From IMG/VR virus record IMGVR_UViG_3300047157_000150: a stretch of 64,000 bases of DNA; one strand, given 5' to 3'. The notes under the pieces were generated by a model that was not told the DNA's origin, did not search any database, and saw only the letters and a program-made list of their open reading frames with translations. Of the stretch, positions 42,313-51,447 are shown in pieces. Numbering within the stretch: the first letter of the stretch is position 1; each line of letters starts with the position of its first letter. This stretch comes from an uncultured virus (IMG/VR IMGVR_UViG_3300047157_000150). Lineage: Duplodnaviria > Heunggongvirae > Uroviricota > Caudoviricetes. Made by a program: the position numbers and the translations under genes.

Positions 42313-44128
42313 GTTCAGTTATTTGTGTTAAGTCTACCTTATTCAAGGTTGCTACTAAGAAGTTATATTGGTCTTCTGTAATCGTTTCAAAGGGTGCTTG
42401 TTTATATGTTCCACCGTCATAAGGTAAGACAGAAAGGCCGTTATAATACTCACGATTATTCCACATCCATTCTCCGACTTCTTCCCATTCTTCTTCTCGG
42501 AGTGAAACGGTCGCAGAAACATTGTGCGTGTTAATACCATCAACATGACCATTACGAACCCAAGTCTTTGAGAACAAACGGATTCTTCCAAGAAGCGAAA
42601 ATGCTGACTCTTTACGAGTTGTAGAACCTTCGGGTGCTCTTTGAGGAATACTAATTACAGCAGTATCATGCGGCGAGAAGTATTCATCTTCAACAAGTTG
42701 AGGGTGTTCGGTAGCAAGATAGGAATAAATTGCTTCATTCTTTCCAACACGAATGCGTCGAATATAGAAATCATCATGCCATGCGTGAATACCTGAAGAA
42801 GTTCCTAAAACCAGTGAAGTAGTCCCAGCAGGTTTGATACAAGTCAGACGACTTGCAGATTTTATCCCAATTTTTGCCGCATATACTATGTTAGTTCGCT
42901 TGATAATTTCTGTCCCATAATTCAATAAAGTTTCAGAATTTACCCCAAGTTTTTCATAAGTATTTGAGGCAATTCCTGTCATACTTACACCCAAAAGTGC
43001 GTCCTTTTCTGTTGCTTTTTTCCAACAATCTCTCAAATAATGAAAGTCAGAATATCCGGCTTGTAAAGTTCCTAATAATGCAGCGGCTTTACAACGACCA
43101 TAGAAATCTACTTCCGAATCTGCTGATGAAATATTAATTTCTGTAAGATTACAGAACTGATAGGGTCTCAATGCTATTTCACAGCAAGGATTAGTCCCCC
43201 AATCTTTGTCGTTACTGAAATAAATACCCGGTTCTCCTGCTCCTGACTCTTGTATTCGTTTCCACAATTCTAAAAAGAATGGTTTTGTAACACGATTTCT
43301 AATTAAAACTGCTGAGTTATTTGCTCGACCTCGCTGGGGATTTTGCTCCCACCATGTTCCACTTTTACATGAAATCATATCTTTATCATCGGCACTAAAT
43401 AATGAAATTAATGCGGCACGACGAATACCACCTGCAAGAACTGAATCTGCAATATGGCACATCATGTCGTGAACTTCAATAGGTTTTAGTGAATAGCCGT
43501 CAGGTTTTGCTAACAAAAGATTTTCAATCTTAACTAAACATTCACGCAAAGGTGCAGGGCCGGGAGCCTTTCCACCGCTTGTAACTAATAGTGCGCCCTT
43601 GACTCTAATATCCGAATAATCGAATACCGGAGTGCTTAGATTATGTCCCATGTAAGCCTTTAGTAGAATTTTAACTGCATCTGCCCAACCTTCAATAGAA
43701 TCACTGACTAAATATCGTCGCTTTTTCTCAGAATTTGGCTTACGAATTAGCGGTAATTTTTCAACATGGTGTCTTTGAACAGAATATCCAACTCCCGTTC
43801 CACCAAGAAGTAAGAACATGGCTTCGGAAAAACATTCCAAAGAATCAACAGGCATATATGCACAATTGTAAATACGGTTTGGTGAAATTTCAATTGACTT
43901 TCCACCAAATTGTAGGCTACGCATTGAAGGTAGAACTTTCTTGTTCACCACATAGTCTTTGTACAGTTTTCGTATATCTCCCTCAAGTTGAGGGTAATGC
44001 TGAATGTGCATATTCATGTTGCGTTCACACAGTTCCTCCCATGTTTCTCTTCTTAATTTGTCTTTTTGGTACTTGGCATACTTCATGTGTACCGTAATGT
44101 CACTCAAAATGTCTGTTTCTTTATTCAT
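42251..44128 (-). CDS. nrdJ: Class II (B12-dependent) ribonucleotide reductase
   Basis: YNCA, GGIRRAA, TNPCCEI, FCNL, IKPAGT, C-terminal ACAGGVCEI. Confidence 0.93.
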   Translation of the reverse strand: MNKETDILSDITVHMKYAKYQKDKLRRETWEELCERNMNMHIQHYPQLEGDIRKLYKDYVVNKKVLPSMRSLQFGGKSIEISPNRIYNCAYMPVDSLECFSEAMFLLLGGTGVGYSVQRHHVEKLPLIRKPNSEKKRRYLVSDSIEGWADAVKILLKAYMGHNLSTPVFDYSDIRVKGALLVTSGGKAPGPAPLRECLVKIENLLLAKPDGYSLKPIEVHDMMCHIADSVLAGGIRRAALISLFSADDKDMISCKSGTWWEQNPQRGRANNSAVLIRNRVTKPFFLELWKRIQESGAGEPGIYFSNDKDWGTNPCCEIALRPYQFCNLTEINISSADSEVDFYGRCKAAALLGTLQAGYSDFHYLRDCWKKATEKDALLGVSMTGIASNTYEKLGVNSETLLNYGTEIIKRTNIVYAAKIGIKSASRLTCIKPAGTTSLVLGTSSGIHAWHDDFYIRRIRVGKNEAIYSYLATEHPQLVEDEYFSPHDTAVISIPQRAPEGSTTRKESAFSLLGRIRLFSKTWVRNGHVDGINTHNVSATVSLREEEWEEVGEWMWNNREYYNGLSVLPYDGGTYKQAPFETITEDQYNFLVATLNKVDLTQITELEDNTDLKGEIACAGGVCEI

Positions 44129-44442
44129 GTTCTTTCACTCCTTTCTTCTACTTTATCAACCTTTACTTGCCAAATTTTGACAACCCTTTTTACCCCCAAA
44201 CCATTGTGCGCTGATTCTTCTCCAACGGTTTCAAAGGGACCTTTCGATAATACATTTACGAGTGCATGAATCTGCAACCCTTGTTTAGTATTTTCATTTA
44301 ACCAATAGTAAATTTCAAGAGTATTTGCTTGACCTCCCGCCATAGACAAATATTCTACTATCCATTGGATAAATTTTTTATGTTTGTTATTACCAACAGC
44401 AGGTGCTGGTCTTTCGTGTAGTTCTAATCTTCTATTATTCAT
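44125..44442 (-). CDS. Winged-helix-like protein
   Basis: Start MNNRR after GGTGA; ANTLEIYYWLN...LVNVLSK. Confidence 0.55.
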   Translation of the reverse strand: MNNRRLELHERPAPAVGNNKHKKFIQWIVEYLSMAGGQANTLEIYYWLNENTKQGLQIHALVNVLSKGPFETVGEESAHNGLGVKRVVKIWQVKVDKVEERSERT

Positions 44443-44463
44443 ATTAATCACCTTAAAAATAAG

Positions 44464-44547
44464 TGGCGGGGGTGGGATTCGAACCCACGAAGCAATATGC
44501 ACCGGAATTTAAGCCCGGCCCCTTTGACCATGCTGGGGGACCCCGCC
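44464..44547 (-). tRNA. tRNA-Leu(TAA)
   Basis: Acceptor GGCGGGG/CCCCGCC, loop CTTAAAT, long variable arm, GTTCGAATC. Confidence 0.92.
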
Positions 44548-44560
44548 CTTATTTTTTTAA

Positions 44561-44863
44561 TTATTCTTTTTCCTCTTCAACTTTGGGGTGACAGACACAT
44601 GAACAAGAATCTTCGCAAACCTTAACAGGCTCTTTACCAACAGCAAGTCGATAACAACCAAAATCCATTCTGTTAAAATTTCCACAGCCTCCGCCATTTT
44701 CACATTGATAGCGAAAAGATGGTGCATCAGGTTTTGAACAGGAACAAAGTTGTCGTTCGCAATCTGACCACGGTTTTCTTAGTTCTAATCTTGTCCCATA
44801 GACAGTTAGTGTGCTTTTTTCGTCTTTAAATCTTTGATATTTCATCATATTATATTCCTCCAT
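44561..44863 (-). CDS. Cys-rich hypothetical protein
   Basis: About ten Cys in 100 aa. Confidence 0.5.
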   Translation of the reverse strand: MEEYNMMKYQRFKDEKSTLTVYGTRLELRKPWSDCERQLCSCSKPDAPSFRYQCENGGGCGNFNRMDFGCYRLAVGKEPVKVCEDSCSCVCHPKVEEEKE

Positions 44864-45027
44864 ATTTTTTGTTTATCCTTTTTGATGGCGATAAAATTCC
44901 ATTCTGTTGCATAAATTTGGTTAATATTGTTATCAACCTGCAAGTTACAACACTTGCATATTCTGTAACCCCGTAAGGTAATCTTCAGTATTAAAACTGT
45001 GTCGCATTTGAAACACTTAATCATCAT
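44845..45027 (-). CDS. Zinc ribbon protein
   Basis: CFKC...CKCC. Confidence 0.45.
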   Translation of the reverse strand: MMIKCFKCDTVLILKITLRGYRICKCCNLQVDNNINQIYATEWNFIAIKKDKQKIWRNII

Positions 45028-45256
45028 TTAACTCACCTATTCTTCGAAATACTTTTTTCACCGAAGACTTAACTTCGTGGTATATTCCTTTAGATTTAGG
45101 GCTACCTGATACAGTAACTAACTTTATAGTACCTGTTTTAGGGTTGAGAATCTTCAACTTAAGGTGTCCTTTAATTTCAATATCCACCACCTCGACTCCT
45201 ATAGTTTCGATGGCTTTAATCATTTTTTTAATTTCTTTTCCGTTCATAATAATCAC
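45017..45256 (-). CDS. HicA-like protein
   Basis: KEIKKMIKAIE..G..V...KGHLKL...VTVSGSPKS. Confidence 0.55.
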   Translation of the reverse strand: MIIMNGKEIKKMIKAIETIGVEVVDIEIKGHLKLKILNPKTGTIKLVTVSGSPKSKGIYHEVKSSVKKVFRRIGELNDD

Positions 45257-45363
45257 TTTTTTAGTTAATGTCCAACTAACAGGGCTGAATTTACCTTAAA
45301 CCTGCTCACCTCTACCACCTTACCTCTAAAGTGGCTGTTGGGTATTCGTCGGACTTAAATAAG

Positions 45364-45438
45364 TGGACAATATCGGATTTGAACCGATGGTCGCTCGGTT
45401 ATGAGCCGAGTGCATTAACCATACTATGCTAATTGTCC
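45364..45438 (-). tRNA. tRNA with CAT anticodon (Ile2-like, or elongator Met)
   Basis: Acceptor GGACAAT/ATTGTCC; arm CTCGG-CTCATAA-CCGAG; no initiator features. Confidence 0.88.
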
Positions 45439-45440
45439 GT

Positions 45441-45515
45441 TGGCGGGCATATCAGGAATCGAACCCGAATCTCCGGCTTAGAAGGCCAGAATGCTATCCA
45501 TTACACCATATGCCC
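45441..45515 (-). tRNA. tRNA-Arg(TCT), CCA encoded
   Basis: Acceptor GGGCATA/TATGCCC, loop CTTCTAA, GTTCGATTC, ends GCCA. Confidence 0.92.
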
Positions 45516-45523
45516 ATTTTGTT

Positions 45524-45913
45524 TTATTCTTGTTCTTCCCACTTCTTCCAACTATTGTCGGGTTCGGGATTACGCTCATCCACTCTTCGTAGAACTCCAT
45601 ACTCTTCCCCTTTTTCGAGAAAAAATTCCATGTCTTCGGTAGAATATTTTTCTCTATTTTCCATAACTTCTGGTAATAAATCTATGTAAATTTCTACCTC
45701 AGCCACGGCCAATTCTGGGTCTTCAAGCATAGCCTTAAATCCTGCAATTGAGCCATATTTATCCTCAATTTTTTGCAGTTTTGCAAATCTAATGTGATTT
45801 TTTCTGAAGAGCAAGATAGACTTGGGCAAATCAAGAATTAGTCTCAGCGACCAGTGCATTAAATTCCTCCTTTCGCTTGTGATATACTGCTTGATGAATA
45901 AACATATTTTCAT
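45524..45913 (-). CDS. Hypothetical protein
   Basis: Probable start MHWSLR. Confidence 0.5.
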   Translation of the reverse strand: MKICLFIKQYITSERRNLMHWSLRLILDLPKSILLFRKNHIRFAKLQKIEDKYGSIAGFKAMLEDPELAVAEVEIYIDLLPEVMENREKYSTEDMEFFLEKGEEYGVLRRVDERNPEPDNSWKKWEEQE

Positions 45914-46205
45914 GGCTCTTCATGTTGCGTTTCAAGTTCTGTTGCATGTACAATGGAAGTGAATCCCATTCACCTAAAATTGCTTCCATCATTTCCTTAG
46001 TAGAAATATAAAAGCCTCGATTTCCATGTCTAGATTTCGATACCAACTTAGGAAATTTGGTTAGTATGTATCTTGTACTGTCGTAAGCATAAGGGAAGGC
46101 CAATAATGGTGCATTCTTATTATTCTTTATCCTAGCGTTGTTAGTGTTTCTAATCTCTTGTATTATAGCGGGCCAATAGGCCGCTTTCCACGGTTTTTTA
46201 CTCAT
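45831..46205 (-). CDS. Hypothetical protein
   Basis: SD GAGGA; ORF in operon. Confidence 0.55.
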   Translation of the reverse strand: MSKKPWKAAYWPAIIQEIRNTNNARIKNNKNAPLLAFPYAYDSTRYILTKFPKLVSKSRHGNRGFYISTKEMMEAILGEWDSLPLYMQQNLKRNMKSHENMFIHQAVYHKRKEEFNALVAETNS

Positions 46206-46322
46206 GTTAAATCCTCAATAAAAAAAACGGGTTTTTTACCGGACCCGAAACCGGCTTACTTATACCCGTAAGAAAGGTACTTGCTATACCTGCAAGTTAG
46301 GTTGGTAACAGAAGATACTTAT

Positions 46323-46529
46323 TCAATAGCAACCTCCGACAATTGCTTGTGTTAGCACTACATCAGTAATGTCTTCAGCGTTCATGTTTGCAATGTCTTC
46401 GTGAGAAACCAAATCACCATTAATGTAAGCCCAATGTGTCGGGTGGTCCAAAATTTGCTGAATTGCTTCATTTGCAGTTAGTTCTAGTTCTGTGTGTCCT
46501 GTCTGATTTAAAATTGTTACTTTTACCAT
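46323..46529 (-). CDS. Ubiquitin-like (ThiS/MoaD/SAMP-type beta-grasp) protein ending GG-CY
   Basis: MVKVTIL...AYINGDLV...DVVLTQAIVGG-CY; 68 aa. Confidence 0.75.
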   Translation of the reverse strand: MVKVTILNQTGHTELELTANEAIQQILDHPTHWAYINGDLVSHEDIANMNAEDITDVVLTQAIVGGCY

Positions 46530-46531
46530 GT

Positions 46532-46855
46532 TTATTCCTCCAATGTTCCTTTTTCTGTTACCTTTGCGCCGTCTTTTATCATCTCGCTGACAGCCTTACG
46601 AGTTTTTCTCTTTGTACTTTCAATTCTTGCGTCGGAAATGATACCGATTGCATGGAGTGAATCAATCATCCCCATGTAGGTACTCATAGCCGTTTCTAAT
46701 TGTGCCTGTTGTTCTTCATCGAGCCAAAGACCACCCGTTGCTTTCTTCAACATCTTTTCAATTTCTTCCTGTCCTATCAGGCCCATGTTCATTAGTCCTT
46801 CAAGTTGCTTCATATATCCTTCTTCATTCATATTTTTTCCTCCTTTATTGCCCAT
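46532..46855 (-). CDS. Hypothetical protein
   Basis: Probable start MNEEG. Confidence 0.55.
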   Translation of the reverse strand: MGNKGGKNMNEEGYMKQLEGLMNMGLIGQEEIEKMLKKATGGLWLDEEQQAQLETAMSTYMGMIDSLHAIGIISDARIESTKRKTRKAVSEMIKDGAKVTEKGTLEE

Positions 46856-47079
46856 AGGTTGACGGAGTATTTAACTCCAGTTTCTCCTGTGAGTGTAGCC
46901 TTATCAACTTTGCGAATTTGGGGGTCTGCTTTCAAGACCATTCCCAGACTTCTTGCTGATTTTGCACCATTATTTGCTGGCGACTTTTTCTCGATAAATT
47001 CGAGAATTTCTTGTGTGGTTGAGGGACCGTTTTCCTTCAAATATTTTCTGGCCCAGTTTCGCAATCTTTTCTGTGCCAT
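46828..47079 (-). CDS. Winged-helix-like protein
   Basis: YLKENGPSTTQEILEFI...LGMVLK. Confidence 0.55.
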   Translation of the reverse strand: MAQKRLRNWARKYLKENGPSTTQEILEFIEKKSPANNGAKSARSLGMVLKADPQIRKVDKATLTGETGVKYSVNLWAIKEEKI

Positions 47080-47348
47080 TTTATTTCCCTCCTCTCAATG
47101 AGAAAACTTTGCGATTTTGTTGTCTCGCACATTCCTCATGGTAGCCCAATTTTATTTCATCGGGGTGTAATAGGGACCCTCCGCATATTACGCAGTTGGT
47201 GTTAATCATTCTTCTTCCTCCACATCTTCGCTCACGATTGCCCATTCAAGGGCTTCATCTATTTCTAATTCCATTGTCGTGTCGTGCATTAGGTCAAAAA
47301 ACCATTCTATTTGTTCAGTTCTTAGTTCAATCGTTATTGTATAAATTT

Positions 47349-47579
47349 TCATTCTTCATCTCTCCTTAGTGTGTGGTCGGCATAGTAGCCTTCACGGTAT
47401 ATTTGTTTTGCCAAGCCTGAAAAGCAAGGCTTACAGAAGTGTGTAGCAAGACTACCACCTCCGGTCCAATCATAAATTATCTGACCTTTTAATGAGTGTA
47501 CTTCGAGTATATTAAGTCTACCTTCAGTAAGAATTACCTCGGCATTAGATTCACAGATATGACACTTCACTTCCACCAT
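47349..47579 (-). CDS. Zinc finger protein
   Basis: CHIC...CKPC. Confidence 0.5.
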   Translation of the reverse strand: MVEVKCHICESNAEVILTEGRLNILEVHSLKGQIIYDWTGGGSLATHFCKPCFSGLAKQIYREGYYADHTLRRDEE

Positions 47580-47676
47580 CTCCTACTATCTTGCTCGTAC
47601 ATTGTACTCTCTCTAAAAAGTTCTAATAAGAACCAGACGAAAAGAGAAAACACTATTGTCAAAAGCATTGTAATAA

Positions 47677-48105
47677 TCATCCGAAAATCACCTCTTCGAA
47701 TAGAGCATATTGCAGAAAAACATCTGCTGTTATTGCATCAAAATTTCCACTTATTAGGTCCCCATAGTGTCGGGGAGATTCCTTAGCCATTATCTTTAGA
47801 CCCTCGATTAGTTTGTGAATAGTAAGGTAATACTTACCATTTGCCGTGTCCATTTCCAATTCGTGTCCCTTAAATGTGTTCGGACCTTCGAGTAAAAATG
47901 GAACCTGATGATACCATCTCCAAGAAGTAACTGTGCTTAAAAAATCATTGGAAAAAAGGCCATGATATTGCCGTGTTTCTACACTGACATTGACCTTTCC
48001 AATCCAGTAATTACTTCCTCCTTCAAAGGCTGTTGATAACCACGGCCACATCATTTCTTCAGTAATAGTAGTTCCGTTTATTTCTACTGTTTGTCTTATT
48101 CTCAT
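47677..48105 (-). CDS. Conserved phage hypothetical protein
   Basis: AFEGGSNYW...DAITADVFLQYALFEEVIFG. Confidence 0.65.
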   Translation of the reverse strand: MRIRQTVEINGTTITEEMMWPWLSTAFEGGSNYWIGKVNVSVETRQYHGLFSNDFLSTVTSWRWYHQVPFLLEGPNTFKGHELEMDTANGKYYLTIHKLIEGLKIMAKESPRHYGDLISGNFDAITADVFLQYALFEEVIFG

Positions 48106-48550
48106 TCTTCTTCTCTCCTTATTCCTAATCCTTTACAATGTGGACAAGCCATGTGAATAAACATTCCACCGCCCCCACACATTCTACATCTCAATACTTC
48201 ACATCGCTTGCATGACTTAACGCCTTCCATATGTGGTAGGTGTACTAGTGGTATTCTACACCTCAAGTTCTTCATCTCCACATTTACATTTCGATTGCAA
48301 GGTTCGCCAAGCGTCTACATAAGTTACGCTTTGTGTTTCGCTTTCATACCATGTGTCTACTCCACATACGCATCTAATTGTTTTTTTCATTTCTTTTCAC
48401 CTACTCTTAATTTAAAGGATTCCTTACATGTTGGACACATAAAGAACCAGATATTGCGCTTATTTTCATAAATTCGCAAATCAACGAGCCACCCCGTTTC
48501 GCATTTCTTTTTACATTCAATGTGTTTTACCACGCCGTCGTTTATTTTCT

Positions 48551-49033
48551 TCAAAGCCATTCTGGTTTTCCTCCTAATTTATACTTTGCAAAATGTTTCT
48601 TTTCTGCAATGTAATAGTTGCGATACGCTTGTATTGTATCTTCGCATTTGTATTTGTCAGGCATACACTGTGGAGGTTCTTTCCAACCTGTGCCTAAATC
48701 TTCCGGTGGATTATTTATCACACCGATGAATCTTGAACTACCGTGTATCTTTCCATACCGGCGAGTGTATTCTTTGCACATCTCGACATATAGTTCATAA
48801 TGCCATAGATATTGCTCATTAGTTTCCCTTGTCCATATGGTTGAGGGGTGATTAATATGTGCTGGTTTGAATAGACCTATTTCAGATAGTCTCGCTGTTT
48901 TTTCCTTTGTGTCTGCTTTACACCAATGAATTGTGCATAACATTTGAGCCGATTCGGTTATCATTTTTACAATGTGTTTGTCGCACAATTCTTGTGCAGA
49001 AATCTGTGGGTTTCCTAGATAAAATATGTTCAT
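48551..49033 (-). CDS. Pyrimidine dimer DNA glycosylase/endonuclease V-like family protein
   Basis: MNIFYL...CDKHIVKM..ESAQML...H.NHPSTIW...EYTRRYGKIH...AYRNYY. Confidence 0.7.
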   Translation of the reverse strand: MNIFYLGNPQISAQELCDKHIVKMITESAQMLCTIHWCKADTKEKTARLSEIGLFKPAHINHPSTIWTRETNEQYLWHYELYVEMCKEYTRRYGKIHGSSRFIGVINNPPEDLGTGWKEPPQCMPDKYKCEDTIQAYRNYYIAEKKHFAKYKLGGKPEWL

Positions 49034-49119
49034 TTTTGTCACCATTTTTAAAATTTGATTTACAGTAGAAGTAGATAATCCTCTTTGAGTCATCATAAAA
49101 TATGTAGGTCATATTGACC

Positions 49120-49422
49120 GACATTCTCACCGTGAGACATATGAGAAACACAAACTGTATGAGAAAATGACCGTTCCTCATACGACTTGAAGGACATTCT
49201 CACTTTCTCATGTTTCTCACTCACTATGCCTTACACATATATAGATACATAATACATACTGATAGATATAATAATAATAATAAGAAAATAGAGTTAAGAG
49301 TATATGAGAATATTGAGAATATGAGAATGTCTTTAACATTGTAGCACTAACTACCATTATATCCTACAAAGTGTTTTCTCACGGTTGTCTCAAATGAGAA
49401 TGTCAAACAAAATGAATGAGAA
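49120..49422. repeat. Iteron-like TGAGAA/TTCTCA repeats around an AT-rich core (origin candidate)
   Basis: GACATTCTCAC at 49120 and 49193; ATGAGAATGTC at 49321 and 49394; more than ten core copies; AT-rich 49235-49300. Confidence 0.7.
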
Positions 49423-49733
49423 AGAATAATTAGTAATATGATTAATTTACAAAATAAACCAAAGTGAATTTTAATGTTGGCAATCTGTGTGATATTATTC
49501 AAACATTGGTTGTTGGTGTGCTTAAGATTGTCAATACTGCTTGAGGGGCGGAATCGCTTATAAAGCATCGGAAGATGTAGTGGAGCATACTAGGTGTATT
49601 AAATAAACTAAGTGTGCCGAGCAACACCTATATTAGTTTTAGTTATTTTACAACCATATGGTAATAGTAATTTGTATTATACCTCATAATACTAAAGACC
49701 AAATATCATATCACTCGAAGGAGGTTAAGCATT

Positions 49734-50357
49734 ATGTCAAAAAAAGAAATAACAAATGATGAATGGAATGCTTGGGCTGGGGATGTGCGAACATTCCTTG
49801 ACCAAGACTTAGAAGAGGTGTTGAGCGCAACTCAACAAATGATGGAAGCAAACGGAGAAGGCGAAGATTTCGATAGTGAAGAACTTGAAGAAAATTGGGA
49901 AGAAATGCAAGCCGCTCTTTCTGCTGGTGACCGTCGAGCAAAGAAGCGACAACTTCGAAAGAATGTTTTGTCCAATCATGGGCGAGGTTTCTTTGGATGG
50001 CCTAAGCGACAGGGTGGAGGAAAACCAACTCCTCTTTTCCAGCAAGTTGTTTTGGGTCAAGCCGATGCAATTTACGAAGAAGCCTATGGTGCTTTTTGGG
50101 ATGTTTTGGCAACTCATGGTGCTGAACACCTTGAAATGACCCGTTCATCTTCAAAAGATGGCGGAACTGACGGCCAAACCTACGGAACTCGTGACAATTT
50201 TGTTAAGGTTCGTGTGGTTTCCAAGAATACCTCGCTTAAGGGTGACATTCGTGAAGGACTTTGGCTCAATGCCAACGACCCTGAAGTGTTTGCCCTTTCT
50301 TCACCTTTGACACGCCCATATGTGCCGAAGGCTGCAAAGAAGGGTGACTCGGAATGA
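49734..50357 (+). CDS. Hypothetical, probably early protein
   Basis: SD GGAGGT; downstream of palindrome-AATTTGTA site. Confidence 0.75.
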   Translation: MSKKEITNDEWNAWAGDVRTFLDQDLEEVLSATQQMMEANGEGEDFDSEELEENWEEMQAALSAGDRRAKKRQLRKNVLSNHGRGFFGWPKRQGGGKPTPLFQQVVLGQADAIYEEAYGAFWDVLATHGAEHLEMTRSSSKDGGTDGQTYGTRDNFVKVRVVSKNTSLKGDIREGLWLNANDPEVFALSSPLTRPYVPKAAKKGDSE

Positions 50358-50386
50358 GAGTCTTCTTCAATGAAGACGAAGAATGA
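50354..50386 (+). CDS. Micro-ORF MRVFFNEDEE
   Basis: ATGA overlap, SD GGTGA; member of five-copy family. Confidence 0.55.
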   Translation: MRVFFNEDEE

Positions 50387-50622
50387 GTAAAATCATTCTC
50401 CGGGGCCAATTGTGAATATTCACTAAAGTAGAAGTAAACTACTATCGTTAAACGCACACGGGAGTTACGGATTCTTCCAAATTAAACAAAAATCCACCTT
50501 TTTTTACTTAGGGTATTCCATACAAATTATTAGAGTACCATATGGTAAGCGAAAATTTGTAAAGCACCTCATATACCTTTGAACCTAAGATTACCTTGCC
50601 CACAGCGGCAGGAGAACAAAAT

Positions 50623-50970
50623 ATGCAAATTGATGAAAATGCAATTGTAGCGAAGGCCAACAAACGGCTTGAAACAGCAGACGAGGAAGACACTGAGGAA
50701 ATTCAGTGGCTACTTTCTCGAATTGACAAAAGTGAGGGACAACGCCGGTTGAAAAACTGCGCTACCCTCGCAACCTACCTCAAAGAGGTCCGTGTCAAGG
50801 TTGTTTTGACTGATGAACAGGTTGCCGTTGCTTTCAGTGACAGTACAACGCTTCACGCACTTTTAAACAAGTACGAAGGTGTATCAATCCCTCGTACTGA
50901 GGGCAGAAGTCAAGAAGCACTTCAAGCAAACATTGAGGCCCACATGAAAGCATCCGAAAAGGGTGTTTGA
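50623..50970 (+). CDS. Hypothetical, probably early protein
   Basis: SD GGAGA then MQIDENAIV. Confidence 0.7.
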   Translation: MQIDENAIVAKANKRLETADEEDTEEIQWLLSRIDKSEGQRRLKNCATLATYLKEVRVKVVLTDEQVAVAFSDSTTLHALLNKYEGVSIPRTEGRSQEALQANIEAHMKASEKGV

Positions 50971-50997
50971 ATGTCCTTCAATGAAGACGAGGAGTGA
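50971..50997 (+). CDS. Micro-ORF MSFNEDEE
   Basis: ATG abuts upstream stop, SD GGGTG. Confidence 0.55.
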   Translation: MSFNEDEE

Positions 50998-51035
50998 TTT
51001 TTCACTCAAAAGGTCTTAACCACCTTCCTACGGGA

Positions 51036-51083
51036 AGGAGAGCCGCCCCCTTACCTTCTTTGGAGGGTTTGGGGGCCATTTTT
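51036..51083 (+). terminator. Hairpin plus T-tract
   Basis: GCCCCC...GGGGGC followed by ATTTTTT. Confidence 0.55.
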
Positions 51084-51162
51084 TAAGGATGTTTCACCAA
51101 CAAATTCTAAAATTACACATCCATATGGTTCATGCGTTAGCAGAATATGAGCCGCAGGGGGT

Positions 51163-51192
51163 GTGAAAGTGTTTAACGAAGACGAAGAGTGA
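51163..51192 (+). CDS. Micro-ORF (M)KVFNEDEE or (M)FNEDEE
   Basis: GTG starts at 51163/51169 after GGGGGTG. Confidence 0.45.
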   Translation: MKVFNEDEE

Positions 51193-51273
51193 ACTTGACT
51201 CCTAACTTTCCTTACCATATGGTAAGAATAATTTGTATGATACCCTATCTACCCAAAACCGAATTTTCATATC

Positions 51274-51447
51274 ATGTTTTGGAAAAAGCAAGAGCCGAAG
51301 TTCGTAATCAAAGTTAAACAGAACCGCTACGAAAAGTTCATCATTGACGAACTACGAGTAAGCGCAGATACTCAAGAAGAACTTGAAAAAGAACTCATTT
51401 TAGCCTTGAAACAAATCACTCAACAACTTCAGGAGATGAACGCATGA
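51274..51447 (+). CDS. Hypothetical 57-aa protein (not in ORF track)
   Basis: MFWKKQEPKFVIKVKQNRYEKFIIDELRVSADTQEELEKEL...; no SD, possibly leaderless. Confidence 0.65.
   Translation: MFWKKQEPKFVIKVKQNRYEKFIIDELRVSADTQEELEKELILALKQITQQLQEMNA

Noticed and set aside
25834..44128. Inteins or introns in PolB, RFC or RNR
   Set aside because: Protein lengths are normal, motifs are contiguous and no intein termini were seen.
45426..45689. Plus-strand ORFs over the tRNAs, and the 5' extension of ORF 44125-44502
   Set aside because: They are translations of tRNA genes, not proteins.
28677..48120. Many minus-strand proteins ending in EEE as a C-terminal signal
   Set aside because: Explained by GAGGA/GAAGA ribosome-binding sites of the overlapping next gene. 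This differs from the NEDEE ORFs, which conserve a longer peptide and have their own starts.
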